DNA from: Candidatus Wildermuthbacteria bacterium RIFOXYD1_FULL_50_12
Lineage (GTDB): Bacteria; Patescibacteriota; Minisyncoccia; Minisyncoccales; UBA10102
Direction: 5' to 3'
Length of the DNA stretch: 64,000 bases
Assembly: GCA_001825035.1 (NCBI GenBank)
Contig: MHUO01000004.1
Span: 155,476 to 219,475 of the forward strand
Shown here one piece after another: positions 28,438 to 36,806 of the stretch (its first letter is position 1; the number at the start of each line of letters is the position of its first letter). The translations under genes and the position numbers were made by a program. The notes under the pieces are model-generated. The model worked only from the letters and a program-made list of their open reading frames with translations. It had not been told where the DNA came from and did not search any database.

Positions 28438-29568
28438 ATGAGGCATATCATGGAATACAAAGTGCGGTTTGCGAACCCGGCAAAACAGTATGCCGAGCAT
28501 CGGGAAGAATTCATCAAGGCGTTTGACGACACGCTTTCTCGGGGCGCCATTGTCAACAAAGAAGAGCTTTGGCGATTTGAAGAGGAGTTTGCCAAATTCG
28601 TTGGTGTCAAATACGCGGTGGGCGTGAATTCAGGCACATCTGCGCTGGATGTGGCATTTCAGGCAGCCGGTATTGGTCCGGGAGACGAAGTAATCACCGT
28701 AGCTCACACTTTTATTGCAAGTATCTCAGTCATCTATTTGACTGGCGCCAAGCCCGTGCTCATTGACGTGGGGGAGGATTTTAATATGGATGTCAGTCAG
28801 ATTGAGAAAGCGCTTACACCAAAAACTAAAGCGATTGAGCCCGTGCATTTGAACGGACGTCTGTGTGATATGGAGGTGATTATGGAAATTGCAAAGCGGA
28901 AGGGGTTGATAGTAATTGAAGATGCGGCGCAGTCGCTCGGAGCAACCTTAAAGATGGGGGACGGAAACGTGAAGTCGGCTGGGTCCTTTGGGCTCGTCGG
29001 ATGTTTTAGTTTGTATTGGGCAAAAACGCTTGGCGGATTTGGAAATAACGGTATGGCAGTTACTGACGACCCCGAGATTGCGCAGAAAATGCGGCTGATG
29101 CGCTACAACGGAGAAAACCGAGAAGACCGAAAGTTTTATTATCACGCCCATAATTTTTTGATGGACAATGTGCACGCGGCGCTTCTGCAGGTAAAAATGA
29201 AATACCTCGCGCAATGGCTGGCACGCCGCAAAGAGATAGCCGAGCTTTATCGCAAAGAGCTTTCTACCGTGTCGCAGATCCGGCTTCCACACTTTAAGGA
29301 TTCGCGTTTCTCTGACGTCTATACCAACTATGTGATTCGGGCGGAGCGCCGCGACGAGTTAAAGCAATATCTTCAAGAACAAGGCGTGGAAACGCTCGTT
29401 TCGTGGGATACCCCTATGTACCGTCAACCATTGATGCAGCCAAACGATATTTTTCTCCCCGCAACCGAGAATGTCTGCAAGGAGGTGCTTTCCTTGCCCA
29501 TGTACCCAGAGCTCACGGATGAGGAAGTAAAGTATGCGGCCGATCAAGTTCGGAAGTTTTACTCGTAG
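28438..29568 (+). CDS. DegT/DnrJ/EryC1/StrS-family PLP-dependent sugar aminotransferase/dehydratase
   Basis: VGVNSGTSALDVAFQAAGIGPGDEVIT and SFGLVGCFSLYWAKTLGG. The start could be ATG 28450, which is the ATG aligned between the two repeated leader elements. Confidence 0.8.
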   Translation: MRHIMEYKVRFANPAKQYAEHREEFIKAFDDTLSRGAIVNKEELWRFEEEFAKFVGVKYAVGVNSGTSALDVAFQAAGIGPGDEVITVAHTFIASISVIYLTGAKPVLIDVGEDFNMDVSQIEKALTPKTKAIEPVHLNGRLCDMEVIMEIAKRKGLIVIEDAAQSLGATLKMGDGNVKSAGSFGLVGCFSLYWAKTLGGFGNNGMAVTDDPEIAQKMRLMRYNGENREDRKFYYHAHNFLMDNVHAALLQVKMKYLAQWLARRKEIAELYRKELSTVSQIRLPHFKDSRFSDVYTNYVIRAERRDELKQYLQEQGVETLVSWDTPMYRQPLMQPNDIFLPATENVCKEVLSLPMYPELTDEEVKYAADQVRKFYS

Positions 29569-29583
29569 TGAGCTCGTCGAACT

Positions 29584-31458
29584 ATGAATCTTGGAAAATT
29601 CCAGAGGAAATTGCTTGAGCGCACGCGGAGAAGGCGTCTTGCGTTTTTTTTGACTATAGATATTGGTTCAATAATTGTGGCGGTAGTGCTGGCATTTCTC
29701 TTACGTTTTGAGGGCACAATCCCTTCACAGTATTTTCAAGGAGGATTGCAGGCGGCAATTGTTTTGGTGCTTATCTCTGTTGTCCCAGTGTTGCTTCTAT
29801 CTCGGCTGTATTCTTTTACATGGGCTTACGTGAGCTTGGAGGATTTGCTGCTTTTGGGGCGAGCTTTGGCTTTAAGCGCCCTCATTACGGGAGCTCTCTT
29901 TGTGCTTCTGCGTAGCCAGGAATTTTTCCTCGGATTTCCGCGATCCGTACTGCTCATCACTTACGTGCTTTTGTTTTTGTTTATGGCTGGATTGCGTTTA
30001 TCCAAACGCGCGTATCTCCAATGGAGCGCCGCCAGAAAGCAGGGGATAGGCAAGGAGCGAACGCTTATTGTGGGTGCGCGCGACGAAGGTGAGGAGATTC
30101 TGCGCAGTATGCTGCAGTCGCAAAAAAGTGCGTACGTTCCCCTTGGGTTTGTGGACACGCATCTCTCGCGGGTGGGAGCTACCATACACGGCGTGCGAAT
30201 ATTGGGAACTGTGGACGACCTTGTCAGAATCATTCCCGAGTACGGCGTGCAAACGCTCGTTATCGCGCTCCCCGAGCATGCCTCAGCTGATATACGCAAA
30301 GCGGTGGAATTGGGCAGGAAGGCAGGCCTGCAGAACATTCAGATTGTGCCCCCGCTTTCAGAATTGATAGGAGGTCAAATTTCCATACGAGAACTTCGTG
30401 GGGTGCAGGTGGAAGACCTTATGGGCAGAGAACAAGTTTCTTTGGATGCGCAGACGATTAAGCAATTTGTTGCAGATAAAAAAATACTGGTAACCGGAGC
30501 CGCGGGCTCCATTGGAGCCGAGCTCTGCCGCCAGATAGCAAGATTCTCGCCCGCCTCTTTGATTCTAGTAGATCAAGATGAAACCGGCATGTTTTGGATT
30601 GCGCGGGAACTGCGCGCCAGGTTTCCCCAGGCGCCTTTGGAGTCCTTTGTCGCAGATATTACAGACGAACAAAAAATGCGCTCCATACTTTCTCGGTATA
30701 AGCCAGAGATTATTTTTCATGCGGCAGCGTATAAGCACGTGCCCTTGATGGAAGAACAGGTAGACGAAGCCGTAAAGAACAACGTGTTTGGCGCGTTTGC
30801 GATAGCTTCTCTCGCCGTGGAACAAGGAACAGAAAAGTTTGTGTTCATTTCAACAGATAAAGCAGTGAATCCAAAGTCGGTAATGGGAGCTACGAAGCGC
30901 TTGGGCGAGATGATTTGCCAGATGCTGAACGGGAAAGACCATACCAAGTTCGTGTCGGTGAGATTCGGAAACGTGTTAGATAGTAGGGGAAGCGTTATCC
31001 CGATTTTCCGCGAGCAGATTAGGCGCGGAGGTCCTGTAACCGTAACGCATCCCGACATGCGGAGGTATTTTATGAGTACGCCTGAAGCATGCTTGTTGGT
31101 GCTCCAAGCCGCTGCCATAGGAGAGGGGGGGGAAGTGTTTGTGCTGGATATGGGTAAACCCGTGAAGATTCTTGACCTGGCAAAAGAAATGATACGACTC
31201 TCAGGATACGAGCCCGATAAAGACATTCCCATTGTGTTCACCGGCCCAAGGCCGGGAGAGAAATTTTTTGAAGATGTGCTTTCAGCAGAAGAGGGTACCG
31301 AAGCCACGAAACACGAGAAAATTTTTGTTGCAAAACTCTCGTCCGTAGAGGAACAGAAACTCCGTGAAGGATTGGAGCTGTTGCGAGAAAAAGTGTCTGT
31401 TGACGACAGGGAGGCGATTCTGCTTGCTCTCAAATCCATCGTGCCGAATTACGATTGA
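29584..31458 (+). CDS. pglF: Membrane-anchored UDP-GlcNAc 4,6-dehydratase (PglF/CapD/WbpM family)
   Basis: Four N-terminal TM helices, then KKILVTGAAGSIGAELCRQI, IIFHAAAYKHVPLME and FVFISTDKAVNPKSVMGATKRLGE. Confidence 0.85.
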   Translation: MNLGKFQRKLLERTRRRRLAFFLTIDIGSIIVAVVLAFLLRFEGTIPSQYFQGGLQAAIVLVLISVVPVLLLSRLYSFTWAYVSLEDLLLLGRALALSALITGALFVLLRSQEFFLGFPRSVLLITYVLLFLFMAGLRLSKRAYLQWSAARKQGIGKERTLIVGARDEGEEILRSMLQSQKSAYVPLGFVDTHLSRVGATIHGVRILGTVDDLVRIIPEYGVQTLVIALPEHASADIRKAVELGRKAGLQNIQIVPPLSELIGGQISIRELRGVQVEDLMGREQVSLDAQTIKQFVADKKILVTGAAGSIGAELCRQIARFSPASLILVDQDETGMFWIARELRARFPQAPLESFVADITDEQKMRSILSRYKPEIIFHAAAYKHVPLMEEQVDEAVKNNVFGAFAIASLAVEQGTEKFVFISTDKAVNPKSVMGATKRLGEMICQMLNGKDHTKFVSVRFGNVLDSRGSVIPIFREQIRRGGPVTVTHPDMRRYFMSTPEACLLVLQAAAIGEGGEVFVLDMGKPVKILDLAKEMIRLSGYEPDKDIPIVFTGPRPGEKFFEDVLSAEEGTEATKHEKIFVAKLSSVEEQKLREGLELLREKVSVDDREAILLALKSIVPNYD

Positions 31459-31483
31459 CATAAACCTTGTTTTGTGATAGAAT
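31455..31483 (+). promoter_or_regulatory. Consensus sigma70 promoter TTGACA-17-TGnTAGAAT driving the FN3 secreted protein
   Basis: TTGACA at 31455-31460, 17-nt spacer, extended -10 TGATAGAAT ending at 31483. ATG 31491 follows 8 nt later. Confidence 0.6.
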
Positions 31484-31490
31484 ATTTATC

Positions 31491-32741
31491 ATGAAACGCG
31501 TTGTTTTTGGATTTACATTTCTTTTGATTTTAACGCTTGCCATTGGAGCTGCGCCTGTTTTTGCGCAGGGTCAAGAGGCGAGTGAACAGGAGCGTATTCA
31601 AGAGCTCCAAGCCGTTGTGCTTCAACTGTTTAAACTTGTGGCAGAGTTGCAGCAGCAGATTTTCAATATACAAGCAGCGCGTATATCTGGCGTCCCCGCA
31701 GTAGCTACATCTATTTTGAGTTGCGGGCAGGCAGAAGTAACATGGGAAAAGGTTTCGGGGGCGACCGGATATGTGCTATATCGCAATGATAGCGAAGTGT
31801 ACGACGGAAAAGATCTCAAGTTTTTGGATACAGGACTGATGCCAGGCGCTATGTATGCCTATACCGTACGCGCGAGAAACGCGGGCGGCCTCAGTGCGGC
31901 CTCTCCGGTACAAACAATTACCGTTCCTTCAGAGTGCCCGCCTTCCCCGCCCATTGTGTGGGCGCAGGCAGGAGTGTGCGGCGGAACCGTGCAGGTTTCG
32001 TGGAGCAGGCCAGTGGGAGCTGTGTTCTACGAGGTGTATCGGGGGAGCAAGCTGGTATTTAGCGGAAGCACGTTTTCTTTCCTCGATGGGGGATTGAGCG
32101 TTGGCAAAACCTACACCTACAAAGTGCGCGCCGGGAACGCGGGCGGATGGGGAGCGTTTTCAAAAGAGGTAAGCGCCACCTCTTCTGTCGTGTGCCCGCC
32201 TTTGGCTCCCGAAGCCCCAGAAGTGGGAAGCCCGCTTTTGCAGGATACTGCAAGCGAAGGAATTCTGAAGCTTACCATTCAAGGCAGTCCGTCGGGTGCC
32301 ACAGCAAAGTCAGGAGAAGCTGGCGTAAACGTGTTGAGTTTCCGGGTAAGCTCCGTGCTTTCTTCCATGGTGGTGGAGCGCGTGGATGTTGAGTTTACGG
32401 ACCGACCGTGGCTCTTTCTCTCTGACGTGGAACTTCGCGACGGCTCCAAGACCATTGCGCGCATGCAAGTCTCCGAGAATTCGTTTGCGCGTACGGATAC
32501 AGACAGGTATCGTTTGAGCTTTACCGGATTATCGGTGCAGGTTTCAAAAGGAGGAAGCAAAACATTAACGGTGCGCGTTGTGGCAAAAGAAGATTTGCTT
32601 TTGGCAGAGCCACGGGCGCTTACCGTTGCAATACCCGAAAACAGTGTGCGAACAAGAGATCAAATTGGCGTGGTTCACACCGGCCCCGTTGCAGAGCAGG
32701 CAAACTCCTTTGCAAAGACCTTTTTCGTGAAGAAAAAGTAG
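31491..32741 (+). CDS. Secreted protein with signal peptide, coiled-coil segment, two fibronectin type III-like repeats and a C-terminal beta-rich domain
   Basis: MKRVVFGFTFLLILTLAIGAAPVFAQG is a signal peptide. Repeats TWEKVSGATGYVLYRND...YAYTVRARNAGGLSAAS and VSWSRPVGAVFYEVYRG...YTYKVRAGNAGGWGAFS. The track ORF starts at 31467. Confidence 0.55.
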   Translation: MKRVVFGFTFLLILTLAIGAAPVFAQGQEASEQERIQELQAVVLQLFKLVAELQQQIFNIQAARISGVPAVATSILSCGQAEVTWEKVSGATGYVLYRNDSEVYDGKDLKFLDTGLMPGAMYAYTVRARNAGGLSAASPVQTITVPSECPPSPPIVWAQAGVCGGTVQVSWSRPVGAVFYEVYRGSKLVFSGSTFSFLDGGLSVGKTYTYKVRAGNAGGWGAFSKEVSATSSVVCPPLAPEAPEVGSPLLQDTASEGILKLTIQGSPSGATAKSGEAGVNVLSFRVSSVLSSMVVERVDVEFTDRPWLFLSDVELRDGSKTIARMQVSENSFARTDTDRYRLSFTGLSVQVSKGGSKTLTVRVVAKEDLLLAEPRALTVAIPENSVRTRDQIGVVHTGPVAEQANSFAKTFFVKKK

Positions 32742-32759
32742 GGCTGAGAGTCGTGGGGG

Positions 32760-32787
32760 TTGACAATTTCTTTGGTAGGAGTATAAT
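32760..32787 (+). promoter_or_regulatory. Perfect-consensus sigma70 promoter TTGACA-(16/17)-TATAAT upstream of the murB leader
   Basis: TTGACA at 32760-32765, TATAAT at 32782-32787. Confidence 0.6.
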
Positions 32788-32833
32788 GTTGAAATGAGTT
32801 CAGCGCAGTTTTACTGCCTGATCCCGTGAAACG

Positions 32834-32870
32834 GCAAAAGACCTCCCCTAGGCGAGGCCTTTTGCTTTTT
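32834..32870 (+). terminator. Intrinsic terminator inside the murB leader (~45-70 nt after the predicted TSS)
   Basis: GCAAAAGACCUC / GAGGCCUUUUGC hairpin (11 of 12 bp), followed by UUUUU at 32866-32870. Confidence 0.6.
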
Positions 32871-32975
32871 ATAAAGATATTGCTATGATGAAACTGAAAC
32901 CGGGGGCTGAACTCATTAAGTTTCACAACAGGGGTTACCGCCCCGGTTTCATTTTGAGTATAATAGAGCAATGAC

Positions 32976-33926
32976 ATGGGAGAATTTGAGACATTAAAAC
33001 AGCAGTTTCCGCGAGTGCGGCGAGGTGTGCCGCTCAAAAAGCATACGACGTTTCGCATTGGGGGGGCTGCCAAATATTTTTTTGCTGCGCGTACGAGCGA
33101 CGAGCTCGAAAGCGCGGTACGGACCGCAAAGGAGTTGGAACTGCCTTTTTTCCTGTTGTCTGGAGGCAGCAATGTTTTAGTTTCTGACAATGGTTTTCCT
33201 GGCCTCGTGATACAAATTAAAAATTCAAAATTCAAAATTGAAAATTCTGCTGTGCGGGCTGAGGCAGGAGTGCAGATGGCGACGCTCGTGAAAGAAACAG
33301 GAAAGCGGGGATTGCAGGGATTGGAATGGGCGGGCGGATTGCCTGGCACTTTGGGAGGAGCTGTGCGGGGGAACGCGGGTGCTTTTGGAGGCGAGATAAA
33401 GGACTCTGTTTTGCGAGTGGAAGCGATTGATCAGAAAGGGAAACGCAGAATGTTTTCAAAAAAGCAGTGCAAATTTTCGTATCGTTCCTCCATTTTTAAA
33501 GAAAGGGGATATATTGTATTGTCAGCGACCTTGCAGTTAAAGAAGGGCGACAAGAAAAACATTCAGACAATTGCGAAAAAGCATATCCAGTACCGAAAGG
33601 AGAAGCATCCCTTAGAATATCCGAGCGCGGGAAGCATTTTTAAGAATTGCGATCTCGCGAAAACTCCAAAAAAAATGCAGGAGCACTTCAAAGACGTAAT
33701 TAAGATGGATCCTTTCCCCGTAATTCCCACTGCAGTAATAATCGCGCGCGCGAATTTGCCCGGATTGCGCTGCGGCGGTGCGCAAGTTTCAGAAAAACAT
33801 CCAAATTACATTGTGAATCGCGGAGACGCGCGCGCAAAAGACGTGTTGGAACTCATTGCGAAGGTAAAGCGCGAGATAAAAAACAAATTTGGAGTTGATT
33901 TGGAAGAAGAAATCACGATTTTATAG
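32976..33926 (+). CDS. murB: UDP-N-acetylenolpyruvoylglucosamine reductase (MurB)
   Basis: FRIGGAAKYFF (FAD-binding) and SAGSIFKN. Length and domain order fit MurB. Confidence 0.8.
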   Translation: MGEFETLKQQFPRVRRGVPLKKHTTFRIGGAAKYFFAARTSDELESAVRTAKELELPFFLLSGGSNVLVSDNGFPGLVIQIKNSKFKIENSAVRAEAGVQMATLVKETGKRGLQGLEWAGGLPGTLGGAVRGNAGAFGGEIKDSVLRVEAIDQKGKRRMFSKKQCKFSYRSSIFKERGYIVLSATLQLKKGDKKNIQTIAKKHIQYRKEKHPLEYPSAGSIFKNCDLAKTPKKMQEHFKDVIKMDPFPVIPTAVIIARANLPGLRCGGAQVSEKHPNYIVNRGDARAKDVLELIAKVKREIKNKFGVDLEEEITIL

Positions 33927-33981
33927 TTTTCCCCATTGACACGGGTTTTTGCAAATGAAAAAATAAAGGAAGAGAAGGTCG

Positions 33982-34110
33982 ATGCGATACAAACGTTGCA
34001 TATTGCAAAAACCAATGCCAGCAAGAAAAAGAAAGAGAGCTTCTGCGAAAGGAAAGAGTCGTAAGAGAACGACGAAGAAGAAGACGACCCGACGCAGAAG
34101 GAGAAGATAA
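33982..34110 (+). CDS. 42-aa polybasic mini-ORF (MRYKRCILQKPMPARKRKRASAKGKSRKRTTKKKTTRRRRRR) with SD and its own terminator
   Basis: AAGGAAGAGAAGG precedes ATG 33982. A strong terminator follows at 34125-34160. Not in the ORF track because it is under 60 aa. Confidence 0.3.
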   Translation: MRYKRCILQKPMPARKRKRASAKGKSRKRTTKKKTTRRRRRR

Positions 34111-34124
34111 TTCTCTTTCCGAAT

Positions 34125-34160
34125 CCCGCCCCGACGTTATGTCGGGGCGGATTTGTTTTT
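34125..34160 (+). terminator. Intrinsic terminator (10-bp GC stem CCGCCCCGAC/GUCGGGGCGG plus U-tract)
   Basis: Perfect stem at 34126-34135 / 34141-34150, loop GUUAU, then AUUUGUUUUU. Confidence 0.65.
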
Positions 34161-34191
34161 GCGCGAAAACGTGGTATACTCAAACCTTACA

Positions 34192-36729
34192 ATGGCGCTC
34201 TTGGGCAACATCTTTAAAAAATCGCAGGATTCCTTTCTGAAGGAAGCACAGGAAATTGTTTTGCGTATAAACGTGCTGGAGTCGGAATTTGAGAAACTCA
34301 GTTCAGAAGCGCTCAAAGCAAAAACGCAAGAACTCAAAGAAAAACTTGAAGCAGGGGCTTCTCTTGCTGACTTGCTTCCCGTTGCATTTGCACTCATTCG
34401 CGAATCCTCAAAACGCACGCTCGGCCAGCGGCATTTTGACGTGCAGCTGGTGGGAGGCATAGTGCTCCACGCAGGCAAGATCGCGGAAATGAAAACGGGC
34501 GAAGGGAAAACGCTCGTTGCCACCTTGCCTGCGTACCTCAACGCGCTGGAAGAGAAAGGAGTACACGTGGTTACGGTAAACGATTATTTGGCAAAGCGTG
34601 ACGCCGTGTGGATGGGACAGATTTATTATACGCTCGGAATGAGCGTGGGGTGCATTGTGCACGACGCTTCCTATATATACGATCCCGCATTCGCGCAAGA
34701 AAACGCAGAGAGAGATGAGGCGCGCGACACTCTCGGTAGTTTTCGAGTTGAAGACACATATCTGCGGCCCGTGTCGCGCAAGGAAGCATACGCGGCAGAC
34801 ATTACCTATGGCACGAACAATGAGTTCGGATTTGATTTTCTGCGCGACAACATGGTGTACGATTTGAGTCAGCAGACGCAGCCCCGCCTGCGCGGGCAGG
34901 GAGGACATCACTTTGCCATTATCGACGAGGTAGATTCCATTTTGATTGACGAGGCAAGAACTCCCTTGATTATTTCAGCTCCCGACGAAGAGAGTTCTTC
35001 TTGGTACAGGGATTTTGCGAAAATAACGCCCCAGCTCAAAAAGGATACGGACTACGAAGTAGATGAAAAGCTGAAAGCCGTAACTATTACGGACGCTGGC
35101 ATCAATAAAGTGGAAGGGCTTTTGGGTGTGCAGAATATTTATGAAGAACGGGGAATGAAATATGTTCGCCATTTGGAGAACGCCCTGCGCGCGCAAGCAT
35201 TGTTTCAGAGAGATCGAGATTATGTGGTGCGCCAAGGCCAGGTGGTAATTATTGATGAATTCACGGGCCGCTTGCTTCCCGGGCGCCGGTATTCAGCTGG
35301 ATTGCATCAGGCACTGGAAGCGAAAGAAGGAGTTCAGGTACAGCCAGAGTCGCTCACGTTGGCCTCTGTGACGTTTCAGAATTATTTTAGAATGTACAAA
35401 AAACTTGCGGGGATGACCGGAACTGCTTTTACGTCAGAAGAAGAGTTTTATAGTGTGTATGGTTTGGAAGTGAAGGTGGTTCCCACGAATAAACCCATGA
35501 TCAGGCAGGATTTGTCAGATCGCATTTACCGGACAGAACAGGGAAAATTTCGCGCCGTGGTCCGGGAAATTAAAGCGCGGCACGAAAAGGGCCAGCCCCT
35601 GCTTGTGGGCACCGTGTCTATACAGAAAAACGAGTATCTCGGCAAATTGCTCCAAACAGAAGGAATTCCCCATAACATTCTCAACGCAAAACACCATGAA
35701 CAGGAAGCGCAGATTATTGCGCAAGCCGGGCGTTTGGGAGCTGTAACCGTGGCAACCAATATGGCTGGTCGCGGTGTGGATATTGTCTTGGGCGGGAATC
35801 CGCCAAGCGAGGAGGAGGCGACAAAAGTGAAAGAAATGGGTGGCCTGCATGTAATTGGCACCGAACGCCACGAAGCTCGGAGAATAGACAACCAGCTGAG
35901 GGGGCGGGCAGGCAGACAAGGGGATCCTGGCTCCACGCAATTCTTTGTTTCCATGGAAGACGATTTGATGCGTATTTTCGGGGGAGAGCGCATCAAAGGG
36001 TTGATGGAAAAACTCCGTATGCCAGAAGACGAGTCTATTGAGAATAGAATACTTTCGAACGCGCTTGAGTCGGCGCAGTCCAAAATTGAGGGTTTTCATT
36101 TTGACGCGAGAAAGCACGTATTGCAGTATGATGATGTGTTAAACAAGCACCGAGACGCTTTGTATCGCCAACGCCGCGAAATTTTAGAGAAAGCAGAAAA
36201 GGGAGAGCTGAGAGAATATATAATACATATGGCAGGGGAGCACGGTGTCTCTAAAGACGATTACGAGAAGAAAGAGCGGGAGTTGGGCGAGGAAAATATG
36301 CGGCAAGCGGAAAAAATTGTCGCCTTGCGCGCCATTGACTCTTTGTGGGTGGGGCATTTGGAAGAAATGGAACATTTGCGAGATTCTGTGCGTTTACGCG
36401 CCTATGGTCAGCGCGATCCCTTGGTGGAATATAAGACCGAAGGACATCGTATGTTCCAGCAGTTGTTGAGCGCCGTGGAGGAAACCATTGCAAAAACTCT
36501 TATGCAGGTGCAGCTTGCGCCCCAAGCAACCCCTCCCATTCAGCAAAATGTGAGTTATTCCAGCCCGGCGAATATGTCTGCTTCAGCTGTGGGTGCGGCC
36601 GCCTCCGTCCGCCCCGGGCGGACTTCGGCGGCTCAAAAGGTGGGGCGTAACAACCCCTGCCCCTGCGGAGCGACCCATCCCGATGGTCGTCCAATGAAGT
36701 ACAAGCATTGCCATGGGAAGAATCCTTGA
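34192..36729 (+). CDS. secA: Preprotein translocase ATPase SecA with C-terminal SEC-C zinc motif
   Basis: DEAD-like motor motifs (MKTGEGKT, DEVDSILIDEARTPLIIS) and C-terminal CPCGATHPDGRPMKYKHCHG. Start at internal ATG 34192 (MALLGNIFKK...). Confidence 0.9.
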   Translation: MALLGNIFKKSQDSFLKEAQEIVLRINVLESEFEKLSSEALKAKTQELKEKLEAGASLADLLPVAFALIRESSKRTLGQRHFDVQLVGGIVLHAGKIAEMKTGEGKTLVATLPAYLNALEEKGVHVVTVNDYLAKRDAVWMGQIYYTLGMSVGCIVHDASYIYDPAFAQENAERDEARDTLGSFRVEDTYLRPVSRKEAYAADITYGTNNEFGFDFLRDNMVYDLSQQTQPRLRGQGGHHFAIIDEVDSILIDEARTPLIISAPDEESSSWYRDFAKITPQLKKDTDYEVDEKLKAVTITDAGINKVEGLLGVQNIYEERGMKYVRHLENALRAQALFQRDRDYVVRQGQVVIIDEFTGRLLPGRRYSAGLHQALEAKEGVQVQPESLTLASVTFQNYFRMYKKLAGMTGTAFTSEEEFYSVYGLEVKVVPTNKPMIRQDLSDRIYRTEQGKFRAVVREIKARHEKGQPLLVGTVSIQKNEYLGKLLQTEGIPHNILNAKHHEQEAQIIAQAGRLGAVTVATNMAGRGVDIVLGGNPPSEEEATKVKEMGGLHVIGTERHEARRIDNQLRGRAGRQGDPGSTQFFVSMEDDLMRIFGGERIKGLMEKLRMPEDESIENRILSNALESAQSKIEGFHFDARKHVLQYDDVLNKHRDALYRQRREILEKAEKGELREYIIHMAGEHGVSKDDYEKKERELGEENMRQAEKIVALRAIDSLWVGHLEEMEHLRDSVRLRAYGQRDPLVEYKTEGHRMFQQLLSAVEETIAKTLMQVQLAPQATPPIQQNVSYSSPANMSASAVGAAASVRPGRTSAAQKVGRNNPCPCGATHPDGRPMKYKHCHGKNP

Positions 36730-36806
36730 GAATCTTCCAAACGAAGCGGAGTCCGCCGTAGCCTTGGCGAAGGCGGGCGGCTCTGGCAAAAAATATAAAA
36801 GATGTC

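Noticed and set aside
33935-33963. TTGACA box upstream of the polybasic mini-ORF as a promoter
   Set aside because: The -10 candidate (AAAAAT/GAAAAA) is poor. It is mentioned but not called as a feature.
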